Of a stretch of DNA of 64,000 nt, positions 36,501 through 50,498 are shown in pieces. The notes beneath the pieces are model-generated. The model was not told the DNA's origin and did not search any database. It saw only the letters and a program-made list of their open reading frames with translations. Position 1 is the first letter of the stretch. Each line of letters opens with the position of its first letter. The DNA comes from Azolla caroliniana (taxonomy: Eukaryota; Plantae; Polypodiophyta). The stretch covers positions 18,848,001 through 18,912,000 of the forward strand of contig JBHGNT010000013.1 in NCBI GenBank assembly GCA_043228905.1, read 5' to 3'. The position numbers and the translations under genes were made by a program.

Positions 36501-38997
36501 GAGCAGTCTCGACCAGCAAGGGACCGGTTAGCACTCGAGGATCCGGCCGAAGACGGTGAAGAAACAGAACCGGCCGAGGAAGATGAAACTGATACCGGAA
36601 CCGGCCCCGATCCCGAAATGGATTCGGATGAAGAGGAAACGGAGGAGCCGGTTACCGAAGCTCCGGAGCGGAGATATCCTCTAAGAGAGAGAAGGGCCCC
36701 CCGGAGATTTCCGGAACCTGAGCATGTGTTGCTAATCGACGAGGGGGAGCCGGAGAGTTTTAAAGAAGCAAAGCTTGACACACATAGCCGCAGGTGGTTA
36801 AGTGCCATGCAGGAGGAGATGGATTCCCTGCATGAGAACCACACATATGAACTTGTGGAGTTGCCGAAAGGAAAGCGGGCACTTCGAAACAAGTGGGTGT
36901 TCAAGCTGAAACCGGGAGATGCCGGAAACCCCCCAAGATACAAAGCCAGGATCGTGGTGAAGGGGTTCCAGCGGAAGAAGGGCGTCGACTTCGACGAGAT
37001 ATTTGCCCCGGTAGTGAAGATGACCTCCATCCGGACGGTGCTGAGCATAGCGGCAAGCATGGACCTCGAGGTAGAACAGATGGATGTGAAGACGGCATTC
37101 CTTCACGGTGACCTCGAAGAAGAGATCTACATGCAGCAACCGGAAGGATTCGAGAAGAAAGGGAAGGAGCACCTGGTATGCCGGTTGAAGAAGAGCCTTT
37201 ACGGACTGAAGCAGGCTCCCCGGCAGTGGTACCGGAAGTTCGACTCTTTCATGACCGACGAAGGGTACCACAAAACGCAGTCCGATCACTGCGTGTTTGT
37301 GAAGAAGTTCGAAGGAGGAGACTTTCTAATGCTTCTCCTGTACGTGGACGACATGTTGATCGTCTGACGGGACCAGGCCAAGATACGGATGCTAAAGAAA
37401 GCGCTTCACCGAACTTTCTCAATGAAGGACCTGGGTCCGGCGAGGCAAATACTAGGGATGCACATCATCCGGGACCGGAAGAAGAAGCAGTTGTGGCTGT
37501 CACAGGAGAAGTACGTGACAAAGGTGCTTCAACGGTTCAACATGTCGGAAGCAAGACCGGTCGGATCGACCCTCCCGGCAAACTGCAAGTTATCCGGCAA
37601 GCAAAGTCCCAAGACAAAGGTTGAAAAGGAGGATATGATGAAGATACCATATGCCTCTGCCGTAGGAAGCTTGATGTACGCAATGGTGTGTACAAGACCG
37701 GACATAGGATATGCAGTCGGAGTGGTGAGCCCGTACATGAGCAATCCCGGCAAAGAGCACTGGAACGCGGTCAAGTGGATACTCCGATACCTGAAGGGCA
37801 CGGCAAACGTGTGCCTCCGATTCGGCTCCGGTAAGCCCGAACTCGATGGATTTACCGATTCGGACATGTCGGCTGATGCGGATACCAGCCGGTCTACATC
37901 AGGGTACGTAATGACATATGCAGGGGGAGCCGTTTCGTGGCAGTCGAGGTTGCAGAAGACGGTTGCGTTGTCAACCACGGAGGCGGAGTACATGGCGGCT
38001 GTTGAAGCCGGCAAGGAAATAATATGGATGAAGGACTTCATTAGAGAGCTCGGTATCCGGCAAGAGGAGTACCGACTCTACTGCGATAGTCAGAGTGCCA
38101 TCCACCTTGCGAAGAACGCGGCCTACCATTCCCGGACGAAACACATCCAGCGTAGATACCACTGGATCCGGGAAAGGATAGAAGACAAGGAGTTCGTGTT
38201 GACGAAGATCCACACGGACGAGAACGGGTCGGATATGCTGACCAAGGTACTCACACCCGACAAGCTGGAAGCATGCCGGAAGAGGATCGGATTGGAGAGA
38301 CATCCCATGCCGAAGTGAAGGGGGAGTTTGTTTGGATTTCGGTCCCTCCGGATGGGATGTCCGGAGATGAATGACGGCAAGCCCGGAGGCTCTTACGGAA
38401 CCGGATGATGAAGAGTACCCGGCATGAAGCCGGATGAAGAGTACCCGGCTACGGATCCGGATGATGAAGACCCCGGCTACGGAGCCGGATGCTGAAGACC
38501 CCGGCTACGGAGCCGGATGACGAATGTACCCGGAGAGAGATCCGGATGCGGGGACATATTTGTGAATATGTTTGCCAAGGGCCCTTGAGGCTATATTTGT
38601 AAATAGCCCGAAAGTCATATGTGTATAAATATGACTTAGGGCAAACAGTTTAGTTGTTGTTGCTCATTTTTCTGTTTTCACTTAGAGTGAGCGAAGTGAG
38701 AGCAGCCGAGAGAGAGAGTGAGAGAGAGAGAGACGAAGAGGTCGTTGCCTCTGTGTATTACCGCCGCCTGTGGCGAAGACAGTGAGCTCAAGGTTGTTGC
38801 CTTGTAGCTTTACCATTGTACATCTCTGTTTATAGTGATAGTTGGAGTTTGAGGACTCCCGTGGTTTTTCCCATTTAGGGTCTTCCACGTAAAACATCCT
38901 GTGTACTCCTCTCTCTATTGTCCTCGTGCACTTTGTATTTCCTGTTTTCTGTGAGTTGATCCTATTCCTCGGGTGTGGCCGAGCACTGTGTTCAACA
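33545..38997 (+). mobile_element. Full-length Ty1/Copia element
   Basis: 669-bp LTRs 33545-34213 and 38329-38997; 5-bp TSD CTATG; PBS TGGTATCAGAGC (tRNA-iMet) at 34217-34228; PPT GAAGGGGGAG. Absent from duplicate copy A. Confidence 0.97.
34245..38318 (+). pseudogene. Copia gag-pol polyprotein with a single premature TGA (37365-37367)
   Basis: Zinc knuckle CFYCGKPGHFQKNC, protease VVDSGAS, integrase HTDVC/ADNGGEY, RT LYVDD, RNase H FTDSD; the same frame resumes after the stop. Confidence 0.95.
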
Positions 38998-39404
38998 CTA
39001 TGTGCGTTCCAAGCATCATCGGTAACTGTTCAATCTGACGGGGTTCTCTCCTCCATTGCCATCATTCTATACTCAGTTGCCGCTACTGTCCAGTCCTGGA
39101 TTGCTTCCACATTTCGATTTGACAGAGTTCACTCATCCAACGGCAACATTCTACACTCAGTTGTCGCCATTGGTCGGTCTTGGATCGCCTCCTCAACTAT
39201 TCGATCCAACGGAGTGAACTCCTCTACTGTTCGGTCTTGGATTGCAATAACTTTTCTGTCTATTGATTATCTTGTGTATTGTTGTGTCTAATCTTGTGTA
39301 TTGTTGTGTCTAATCTTGTGTATTGTGGAATATTTTTGTGTATTGTTGTTGCCCATAGCTATCTTAAATACTTGTTTTTTATTCTAGAAATTTAGGGTTT
39401 TAAC

Positions 39405-42400
39405 ATGTCCAGCCAAATGGAAGGGGAAGAAGGTTGTTTAGAATTACCCCTCAATGATCATAAGGATAGGGATGATGCTATCAGGACACAACAAGCCATA
39501 CAAAACTATTGGGCAAAAAAGAAAAGGAAACATTGTCAATTGTTGAAGGATACGAAAGCCACACTCAGTAAAGGTAAGGATAGTTTAGCTGAGAATGTAA
39601 GTAATGCGACTACCATCATAGAGAGAAAGGTTGTAGACTATTTCAATGTTCAAACCAAGCACATCAGCAATGAAGAAAAGAAGGTAGTACTTTATGGAAT
39701 ATGTAATGATCCATCGATAAAGGACTTAGTTGATTGTGATGGTCTTAATGCAAACATATCATCTATTTTAGTAAATAATCTTCGTAAGAAGATGATATTG
39801 TCTTAAAAAGGTCTAGTCTAATGATGTTACTTAATAGTGATGTTGACGATATAAACATCAGTGAGCTATCTAAGGTAATTGGTGTTAGTAGAAAAACAGT
39901 GTACAATACAATGAACCGTATAATTTCCTCGGGTGAAGGAACTAGTCTACTAAAGCTAACTACAAGATGTAAGCCAATGACACCCATAACATTTGAAATC
40001 AAGGATGTAATCACAATGTTTTGGACTAATGAGAGTAGGGTTTCACCCAATAAAAAGGATTTATGCAGGAATCGTGTTGGAAGAAATCAATACGAGGAGC
40101 ATCCCATTCATCTTCTTGATGTACCTTAGGTATTTACATTTATCTCAACATTTGTTTTGACTCTACACGGAAAGTTAATTAGCTCACTTAGCAGAAAAGC
40201 TAATTAGCTTATCAGTTACATTTACCTCAGTTAGCTACTAGGATAGCTACTACATAGGTAACTGGCTACTCTCAATAGCTACTACCATGATAGCTAATTA
40301 GCTATTCTCAATAGCTAATATAGGTACTACCAGATAATTAGTTGTACTGGTAGCTAGTTAGCTATCATGGTAGCTAGTTAGCTATCATGGTAGCTAGTTA
40401 GCTATTTCGTTATTACCAACTAATTAGCTACTAGGAAAGCTAATTAGCTACCATGATAGCTAATTAGCTTACTAGGACAGCTAATTAGCCACCGTGATAG
40501 CTAATTAGCTACTAGACCAGCTAATTTGCTACCATGATAGTTAATTAGTTAGGACAGCTAATTAGCCACCATGATAGCTAATTAGCTACTAGACCAGCTA
40601 ATTAGCTACCATGATAGCTAATTAGCTACTAGACCAGCTAATTAGCCACCATGATAGCTAATTAGCTACTAGACCAGCTAATTAGCTACCATGATAGCTA
40701 ATTAGTTACTAGGAAAGCTAATTAGCCACCATGATAGCTAATTAACTACTAGGACAGCTAATTAGCTATCATGTAGCTACTAGAATAGCTAAATAGCTAC
40801 TAGAATAGCTACTAGGATAGTTAGCTAGTTACGAGAATAACTAATTCCCCTTTATTACGCAGGTCGATTTATTTATTAGGTTCAAACGAATGCATCCAAC
40901 TATCAAAGTTCAACTACGAACATTCGAGTCTCTTAAGCCACACATTGTGAGACGCTTAAAGGATTGATACACATGTTGTTGCATTTACCATGTACAGATG
41001 GGTTTTCTGAAGGACTCTGTTAATCTACTACGTCACCATAGCGCATCCCTAACTAATACAGTTTGCACATGTGGGTGCCCAATCTGTCGATCAAGCCCGC
41101 AAGAGGAGTGTAAATCATCTGAGCACGTTATCTCTTCCATGAGTTATTTATTAGATTCAATATTGTGTCCGAGAGAAACTGACGCTATCTTCCATATTCA
41201 TAAATGTGTCATGGGTTTATGTCAAGATTGTGGCCCTACTAGATTTAGGTGGTGTCCAAATGAATTGAGTAGTGAAATATTGATCTCTGTGAAGTTCTTT
41301 GAGTCAGTGAACAACAATTTCGAAGGAAAGGTGTGTAAAAGAAAGGATCTAGTTGGGAAGATGCTTAAACCAAGGGATTTGGTGTCTCTGTTTGTAGTAT
41401 CTCTAGGAAAGTTCATTAAACACAACTTCATTTATTCATGGTAGGCCCATCAGTTTAAGACTTGCATATCTGATTTCCCAAATGATGTAGTAGTCTCAGT
41501 AGTAGATTTTGCAGAGAATTATACTTTCAAGCAACAGAATGAAATTCAATCTATGCATTGGTGTTCAATTCAAGTAACCATTTTTGTGCACATAACATAT
41601 TTTCGAGTTTCAGGTGATGTTAAAAAAGTAATTCATTTCTTTATTTCCGATGATAAGAAGCATGATACCTTGTTCGTCCAACACTGTTTTAAGTTACATT
41701 GGCAGTGGTTATTAGCTCAACGTTTGGAGCTTACTCAACATTGGGTCTGGTCTGATGGAGCTGCGTCACAATTCAAGGCTCGACGTCCATTTTATTTTGT
41801 GGGGAGGTATCCTGCTATAACAGGTTTGGAGATGAGATGGAATTTTTTTGGGTCTGGCCATGGTAAAGGTGAACATGATGGTGCAGGGGTTGTTATAAAG
41901 CGGGCACTTACCCATGAACAACTAAAGACAAATGGTGTGCACATGAATTGTGCATCACATGTAGTTGAATTTTTAAGAACAAATATGTCAACGAGTGCAA
42001 CAGGTGTTTATTCCTCGCAAGTCCGAGATATCAAACGTGAATTTTGGGAAGTGAAGATAGATGAAGTAAATAGGGAGAAGACCTGGGAGTGCCAAGGAAT
42101 TCCCGAACTGCGATCTCTGCATGTTGTTCGCGGTTATTCCAGGTTGGATGGTCATTGTATTGCGGTTAGAGAATTGACTTGTTTTTGCTTCCATTGTGTG
42201 CAGGGAAATTGGAGATATTGTCTAAACAAAGCATACATTTAGAATTGGGAGTATCACACTCTGAATGATAAGTAGTTGATGGAGAAACATGGCAGAATGC
42301 TGACTTCACATATGAGGGACTTGGAGATACTTTGAGTGATGTCCTGAACGTTGGGGATAACTTCGTTGTAAATGCTGAAGAAGGCAATTTAGAGGGTGCT

Positions 42401-42700
42401 GATTTCTATATATTAAAGTGCACGGTTAGTAAATAGTGTGCAAGGCAGAATATTGTAGATGCATGGGGAAATTTTGTATCTGCCGGGACATTCTACATCG
42501 AAGGCATTTTTTATGCAAAACTAGATGACTACGAATATGTGTACAGGCTATTAGAAGACAAACCAGCGGCGTACATGTACTCTCATTTGGTCATGTGCAT
42601 CAACGTCCCAATGTCAGAATACAATAGCTGCTCAGGTTTATACACTGTTGGTGCTAATGTGTATTAATGTATTTACAATAGTATGTCATGGAATTTGTAG
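39405..42700 (+). pseudogene. Two-exon DDD transposase, copy C (exon 2 from 40863), several stops and deletions
   Basis: ORFs 39405-39806, 39821-40129, 40998-41444 and 41553-42242 match copies A and B. Confidence 0.87.
40175..40830. repeat. Intronic TAGCTAATTAGCTA array (transposase intron, copy C)
   Basis: Same array as 6358-7145 but shorter. Confidence 0.95.
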
Positions 42701-43048
42701 CTACAAGTAGCACTTACCATGTTCTCTTGTAAAACAAACATATATTTCACAAAAACAGTTAAATAAATTCGTTTGAGAATCAATTTCTTGTACACAATCT
42801 GCTTTCTGTGCTTCTTTCTCAATAAAATCATGTCTTTTTTGTTAAGTTTTAAGTTATAAGTTATAGCGAAATAGTCATTAGTAGCTAATTGGTTGTACAA
42901 ATGCAACTAATTAGCTGTCAATAGCTAAATAGTCATCAATAGCATGAAATCAACAATCTGCAACATATTCCTCAAATTACACAGTAGATAAGTACAGTGG
43001 GAACAAGTAATTAAATTCTTCATTGAATAATGTCATCTCTTTACATAT

Positions 43049-44025
43049 TTATAAATTACCATTGGAAATGTCTACAAATCTCCTATAAATAGCTAAGCTC
43101 TTGCTAGTCAGTGGAACGAGTCTACATATATTATCCACATATTGAGCTCGGTATGGAGTCCACAACCATGCACCTAGTTGGCAGCTCACTGTTTGCACCA
43201 GGTACTGTTCAGGCATTTCCCCGGGTAGAATGAGATAGCATCTCCGAATATTGAAGTAGTGCCGGAAATGTTCTGTATCCAAAATCAATGTATTGTCGGC
43301 ATTATATTCAGGCCAAGTAGCCCAAAAATCAGAAAGTCTCTTGAATCTTGCAGCTTCCATTTGCTCACAATTTTCTCGTGCCCATTGACCTTTAAAACGA
43401 CTTCGCCATTTTGGGAAGAATCTTGCCAAACACTTCCATACATCTGATTTTGGTTTTTCACTCCAAATAAACAAATCAAAGTATTGCACAACCCACTCTA
43501 GAAACTGATTTGCGTCCCTCCTTGGCTGCATATATCTCACACTCATCAAGACTTTATCAAGCTCCAAGATCAAGGCTCTTCTTTCGACTTCTAGTGGTTT
43601 AGGTTTCCATTCCTGAAACTGAGCCGCTGTTACACCATTTTCTGGTAGGATACGATCAATCTCAATCAGCTCAGGTTCGGCAGACACAACTGGCGTCCTT
43701 TTCCTCTTCAAACCCCTAGTTGACTGTGTTGGGCCTGGCTTCACATTTTGGTGCTCTTGTTTTGTCGACTTAGTTATCAATCCTTGGATTACCTCGGTGC
43801 ATGTAGCTACTGATCTGCTCGATATCAGTCCATTGGTATCACATGCTGCATCTACCTGCAACAAAAAGTCATCCGTGCAACATGCTTGATCAACTTGTGT
43901 GACCAGATCACTTGTGTCAATTGCTACATCTACTTTCAAGATGGGGCCCTTTAAACATGCCACAACATCAACAGTATCCACACTGCCATTGGCCTTACGA
44001 GCAATAGAATCAAACCCTTTAGACT
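43049..44025 (-). CDS. FCP1/SCP (NIF)-like HAD phosphatase-fold exon, uninterrupted in copy C
   Basis: ORF 43049-44104: RALILELDKVL, FLEWVVQYFDLFIWS, FKRLSDFW, YNADNTLILD. Confidence 0.72.
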
Positions 44026-44825
44026 CTGCAACATCAGAAAACACCAACATATTCACACTCACAAAGTAACTAACAGTCTCACAAAACAACATCCTGAACA
44101 TCAAAGAATTTCAGTCATAGAACAACACTCTTCAAATTATCTTGGAAAAACATCATAGAGTTCCTTTACATAATGTGGATCAAGCAACAACCAATCTGAG
44201 GTTTTACTTGTCCAACAGGATAGTAAAACTTCATAAAACCCTAGCAAAATTCTTAAGCTAACAATCATATCCAACTAAACAGTATTTCGCTCCACTACGT
44301 CTGGGCCCCTTGACCGAGTAACTGGTCTTGTTCCCGATCGTGGCCCCTTCTTCAGCCTTTTTCTGGTCGGTTCCCCATTTAGCCTTGCTTCTTTCACCCA
44401 ATGCGCAAGTGTGTCCTCCTCCAACAACCTTCCCATCGCCTCAGCAGCTAATTGCACATCAGTTGTTTCTTGAACTAGCTTTTCAAGTACAGAGGGATCT
44501 GTTTGGACATTTTCTTTAGTTGGGCTCGGTGGGGTGGAATCAAGGTCTTGAGATTCGAAGAAATGTTGCATCAAGTGTTCATAAACACTGTTGTTGTGAA
44601 CCTCAGTTTTACATGTTGTTTCCACTATTTCATGGCATTTCACATCGTTGCCTAATTCAGTACACTGTTCCAAAAGAATAGGGTGGAGCTGATCTGAAGG
44701 AGATGTGATAGCAGGACTCTTACTTTCAGCCACGTTGGCAGCAATATCCTCATCTGTTGCAGCGTCATCAGCACCAGACACATCATGTGCCGTCCTTAAT
44801 CCACAAGATTCTACAATAACATGGC

Positions 44826-45330
44826 AGCTATTTAGGATAGCTAATTAGCTACTTTACTAAACTATGGTAGAAGCTAGGATAGCTAATTAGCTAGTATGAT
44901 AGCTAATTAGGATAGCTAATTAGCTAGTACGATAGCTAATTAGCTACTTTACTCAACTATGGTAGTAGCTAGGATAGCTAATTAGCTACAATGGTAGCTA
45001 ATTAGCTACTTTACTCAACTATGGTAGTAGCTAGGATAGCTAATTAGCTACTTTACTCAACTATGGTAATAGGTAGGATAGCTAATTAATTAGCTACTTT
45101 ACTCAACTATGATAGTAGCTAGGATAGCTAATTAGCTACTTTACTCAACTATGGTAGTAGCTAGGATAGCTAATTAGCTACTTTACTCGACTATGGTAGT
45201 AGCTAGGATAGCTAATTAGCTACTTTACTAACTATGGTAGTAGCTAGGATAGCTAATTAGCTACTTTACTAACTATGGTAGTAGCTAGTGTAAACGTAAG
45301 TGTTTGCGGAAGCGTAAAATAGAGAACAAC

Positions 45331-45361
<31 letters not shown>

Positions 45362-48300
45362 CAGAGAGAGCAGAACGCAATTTCAAAATTATATCAGACT
45401 CTGTATACACACTGTGCTAAGTAGCACTATTTATACAAGTCCTTTTGGGACTAACAGAAGTACCATGTACTTCAATGCTCACACAAGCATCTGACACTTA
45501 CTACGAGACTATAGCTACCTAGTAGTCTATCCTATACTAGGCTTCCGATTGGACTTCCGGTTACGGATTGCACCCGGCCTCCACTGCTTGCCGATTCGGT
45601 TGCTCACCGTCATACCGATCCGTTTCGCCCGATCCGTCTCGCTTACCGGCTTCGGCTTATTCAGCCGATCCGGCTCCGGTTGAGCTTGCCGCTGAACACT
45701 CCCCCTCAAGCTCAACCTGAGGTGGGGTCGTAGTGTCGACCTCTGTGGCAGTCGTTTCTTCCAACCGACTTCTCCTGGCGTCACTCCGCCTTGCTTGCGC
45801 TCCTCGTCCGGTCCGGTCTCGTTTGCCGCGACCCCTTTGGTTCTGCGCGCCTCGACCCTCTCGGTCGGCATGTCTGCTCAATAGGCCCATCTCAGCACTT
45901 ACGTTGTTGTGACTCCGGCGCTTGCCGATCCGTCGGTTCTCCCACGATGGCATCGACTTCCGCTGTGTCTGTGTCCCCTTGGCCTTCAGTCGATCCGACT
46001 CATCCGGATCCATCTGTTGATCCGAGTCAGCTATCTCCGACTCATTCCAGCTCTTGTCCGAATCGGTACACTCCGATTCGACTTCCGGCTTCAGGCCTCT
46101 CACCACATCGGACCACCTTCCGAGTCTTGGCCTTCTCCATGCTTCCCTCGGCTTCTTCAGCCGGTGAACCGAAATCGAATTCTTCATTCGACTCCGCATC
46201 ATGGTCAGTACCGTCGTGATGACCTCCGCACAGCATGCACTTCTCTTCCTGAGTGCACAACTCTTCTTCACAGCCGCTTGCTCCAGCCTGTTCGGATGTG
46301 TCGACTTCCTTCGTCGACTCGGCTTCCTTCATCTTCTTGTCTCCTCTTCTTCCGGCTCTCCTCTTACAGACGTGTTCAACAGTTTTTTGGCCTTTGCCCG
46401 TTTCGGTAGAGACTTTGCCCTTGCTTCTCCCCCTCAAGTGCGGCACGTCGAGATGCTGAATACCCAGCATGTCGATAAAGTGCTGCAACTTGTCCGATCC
46501 GAGCGGTTGGTGAAGATGTCGGCAACTTGCCGATCCGTATGAACATACCGTAGGTCAACTTCACCGCTCAGGACCCGCTCACGCACGAAGTGATAGTGCA
46601 CCTCGATGTGCTTTGTGCGAGCATGGAACACAGGGTTCCTGGCGAGCTGCAGGCTGCTCATGTTATCGCAGTAAATCGGGATCGGGGTCGATACCTCGAT
46701 CCGCAAGTCTCACAGCAGTCGCCGAAGCCAGATGGCTTCACAAGTGGCAACGGTAGCGGCCCTGTACTCAGCCTCAGTGCTTGACAAAGCCACTGTGGGC
46801 TGCTTCTTGTTGCTCCACGCAACGGTCGCACTACCTACGGAGAACATGTATCCGGAAGTGGAGCGGCGATCAAACGCATCGCCGGCCCAGTCAGCATCTG
46901 TGTAACCGACAAGCTCTTCGGGTATACCTCGCCGGTATAGCAGTACCCGGTCCTTAGTGCCGCTGACATACCTTAATATTCGTTGCGCGCACTGAAGGTG
47001 CTCCACGGTCGGCTTCTGCATGAACTGGCTTACCATGCCGACCGGATAGCTGATGTCGGGTCGGGTGATGGTTAAGTAGATCAGGCTTCTGACAACCTGT
47101 CGGAACCGTTTCTCATTGCAGGCCGGTCCGGAGTTGGGACGGAGCTTCTGGTTCCGGTCCAGGGGTGTGGAGATAGGTCGACAATCCTTCATGCCGAACT
47201 TATACAGCATATTCAACACGTAATGTCGTTGTGAGAGCAATATGCCGTCGGGGGTCCGGATCACTTCGATCCCAAGAAAATAATGAAGGTCCCCCAGGTC
47301 CTTCATTTCAAATGCGTCCGACAACTGGGACTTGACGCGGTTGATTTCTGGAAGACTCGGTCCGGTGATGACTAAATCATCCACATACAAGAGTATACAT
47401 ACCGGACCGTCAGAGCCTTGCCGGATGAACAACGAAGAGTCCGACTTAGAGACAGCAAACCCCAGCTTACGCAACCGGTGCGTGATCTTCGTGTTCCAAG
47501 CTCGGGGGGCTTGCTTCAAGCCGTAAAGCGACTTCTTCAGTCGGCATACTGCCGACTTGTTCATCTCCGATTGAAATCCGGGGGGCTGAGTCATAAAGAC
47601 TTCTTCTTCAAGCTCGCCTTGAAGGAAGGCGTTCTTCACATCCATCTGGTGAAGATGCCACCCCCTTGCCGCAGCAACCGCCAGTACCACACAAACCGTC
47701 GTCATCTTCGCCACAGGAGCAAAGGTCTCGTCGTAGTCGATTCCGTGGGTCTGCGCGTATCCCTTCGCCACTAACCGGGCTTTGTACCGGTTAACAGAAC
47801 CGTCGGCGTTGTACTTGACCTTGTACACCCACTTGCATCCGATCGGTTTACAGTGACGGGGAGGATCAACTAGGTCCCAAGTTTCGTTGGCATCGAGTGC
47901 CCGCATTTCTTCGTCCATAGCAGCATGCCAATTTGCGTCCTTTGCCACTTCTGCGTAGCTCTCTGGCTCACGCACTTCTGTCACTTTCGTCATGTACGCA
48001 TAATGATGCGCCATGTATTCATTGTACCCGTACCGCATGACAGGATCCTTCTGGCGGGTTGATCGGCGCAACGCACCATCACCTGATTTGAGGCCCTTCT
48101 TGGCCAGTTCGGTCTTCATTGCCGAAGATCCGCCTTTCTCCTTTCCGGAGTCGGATACGCACCGATCCGACTCATCGTTGCCGGTTTTGAATTCTGGCAT
48201 CTTCCTCTTCCCCTTCTCTTTGCGCGTGAACCGTTTCCTCGGTTCCTTGTGCGGGGAGAGCACGGCAGAGTCTCCACCACTTGCCGTCTCTTCATCCGAC

Positions 48301-50465
48301 TGGTCCAACCGACTCAGTCGCTCGTTCGGTCCACTCAACCGTAACGATTCCAGACTCTCATCTTGAGTCTCGGCTTCATCATCCTCTGCTAGGGCTGATT
48401 CAGGCTCACTGGCCTGATCTTCCGGCATTGGGTCGGGATCGGAAGTCGGAGTCGGTACGGAGTACCAGGATGCCGATTCATCGAACTCGACATCCCGGCT
48501 AACTTGGACTTCCTTCGTCCGGGGGTTATAGCACTTATACCCCTTTTGCTCTTGAGCATAGCCGACTAAGATGCATTTTTCTGATTTTGCATCCAGCTTT
48601 CTCCGCTTCTGATCCGGCACATGCACATACGCTATGTTGTCGAATATCCGAAGTTGTCTTAAGTTCGGCTTGCGCCCGAAATACAGCTCATGAGCTGACA
48701 CCTTGTCACCAATGCGGTTTTGTACGTAGACGGCCATCTGGACCGCCTCCGCCCAGTAGAACCGGGGCATGCTCTTCTCCTCAAGCATTGCCCTTGCCGC
48801 TTCGACGAGTGTCCGGTTCTTCCTTTCGGCCACACCGTTTTGCTCCGGTGTGTATCTGCAACTGAACTCCCGCCGAATTCCCTTCTGCTGCAGATAACTA
48901 GTGAATTGGCCGGAAAAATATTCCTTTCCGCCATCCGACCGAAGGCACTTGATCTTCCTCTCCGATTCCCGTTCCACCATCTTCTGGAGGCTCCGGAAAC
49001 AGTCAAAGACTTCGCTCTTCCGCTCAACAAGGTAGATCCAAGTATGTCGAGTATAGTCGTCGATGAAGGAGACGAAGTATCGGCTCCCGCCAAGGCTTAC
49101 ACTTTGTGCCGGTCCCCACACATCCGAATGGATGAGATCGAGCTTGTTACGGCTCCGGTTCCGTTTGGCAAGGAATGGAAGCCGATGTTGCTTCCCAAGT
49201 TGGCAAGCTTCACAAATTTCAGCTCTCCGGCCGCAGAACTTCGGCAAACCGAAAACGACTTGTTTCGTTTGCAGGTCTTGAAGCCTCCGATAGTTGACGT
49301 GGCCTATCCGCTTGAAGCCTCCGTTTTGGAAGTGGTCTTCTTCATTGAGTTTGCCTTGTGATTCATCACCAAGGCTGGCCCCTTACCGGCCTTTCCGGTT
49401 CCAGATCCTCCTGATCCGTTTGCGTAGTGCGAGTTTTGCCGGCCATCCTTACCGGTCTTGCCGGATCCGGATTTGTCCGAATCGGCACGCTTTCTCCAGC
49501 ACTCGCTTTCCCTGTGGCCTTTTTTGCCACAGTACCAGCATTCCATAGCGGATTTGTCTTGCCGGCCTCCGGCACCGCCTTGACTCCCCCTGCTTGTGGA
49601 AGTCCCGGAACTGCTGTCGGCATGCTCATAGTGCCTCCGTTCCTGCTCTTGCCGGCCGCCTCCATTGCGTGCCGACCCACCACTTCCACCACGCCCACGG
49701 AGCCGATCCGTTCCCGTGTACAGCATTCGGTTGTCCGGGGATGCACTGTTAGATGCACCGGTGTGGTTCTCCTCTACAAGGAGCATCGACTGTAAGTCGA
49801 AGAATGAGGGGGTATTCTCCCTTGTACACACCGCAGTCCGGAACGCTCCGAACTTGGACGCCAGGCCTCCGAGACATACCTGCACCATCTCGTCTTCCTC
49901 TATGGTAACATTGATAGAGGCGAGCGAGTCGCAGATCTCCTTTATCCGGCCCGTGTAGTCTGCCACGGACATGTTCTTCTGTCGAACATTGTTCAACTCC
50001 TGTCTGAGTTGCAGCTTCCGGGCAGTGGTGCTTGCGGCGAAAACCTTTTTCAGGCTCCCCCAAGCATCCTTCGGTGTCTTGGCGTCACGGATGTGGCTGA
50101 GCAGCTAATCGCCGATACTGGACGCGAAGCAGTACATCACCCTGCTTGCCGCCTGTTCCCATACCGGGAAGTCCTTGTGTGCCAAGTCTGGCGCCGCATC
50201 ATTCGCTACTTCGACATAACTCCAGTACCCGTGTCCAAGCAAGTACTGGTGCATCTTGTAAGACCAAGATGCGTAGTTGCTCCTGTCGAGCTTCTCCACC
50301 GGGAGCGACGTAGCCATGCCTCTATCCATGTCTTCTACTGTGTCTGTTTTCGACCTGTTAGGGTTTTCTTCTCAAGAGTAAATGTCTGCAGCAGAGGTTC
50401 TCAACCCTCGCGCTCTGATACCATGTAAACGTAAGTGTTTGCGGAAGCGTAAAACAGAGAACAAC

Positions 50466-50498
<33 letters not shown>

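Noticed and set aside
34290-38380. Numerous antisense and alternate-frame ORFs over retrotransposon pol genes (here and elsewhere)
   Set aside because: Expected shadows of GC-rich coding sequence, with no recognisable motifs.
43049-44104. Ordinary host CTD-phosphatase gene
   Set aside because: It lies between the TIRs at the same position in all three copies and lacks the catalytic DxDxT/V motif.
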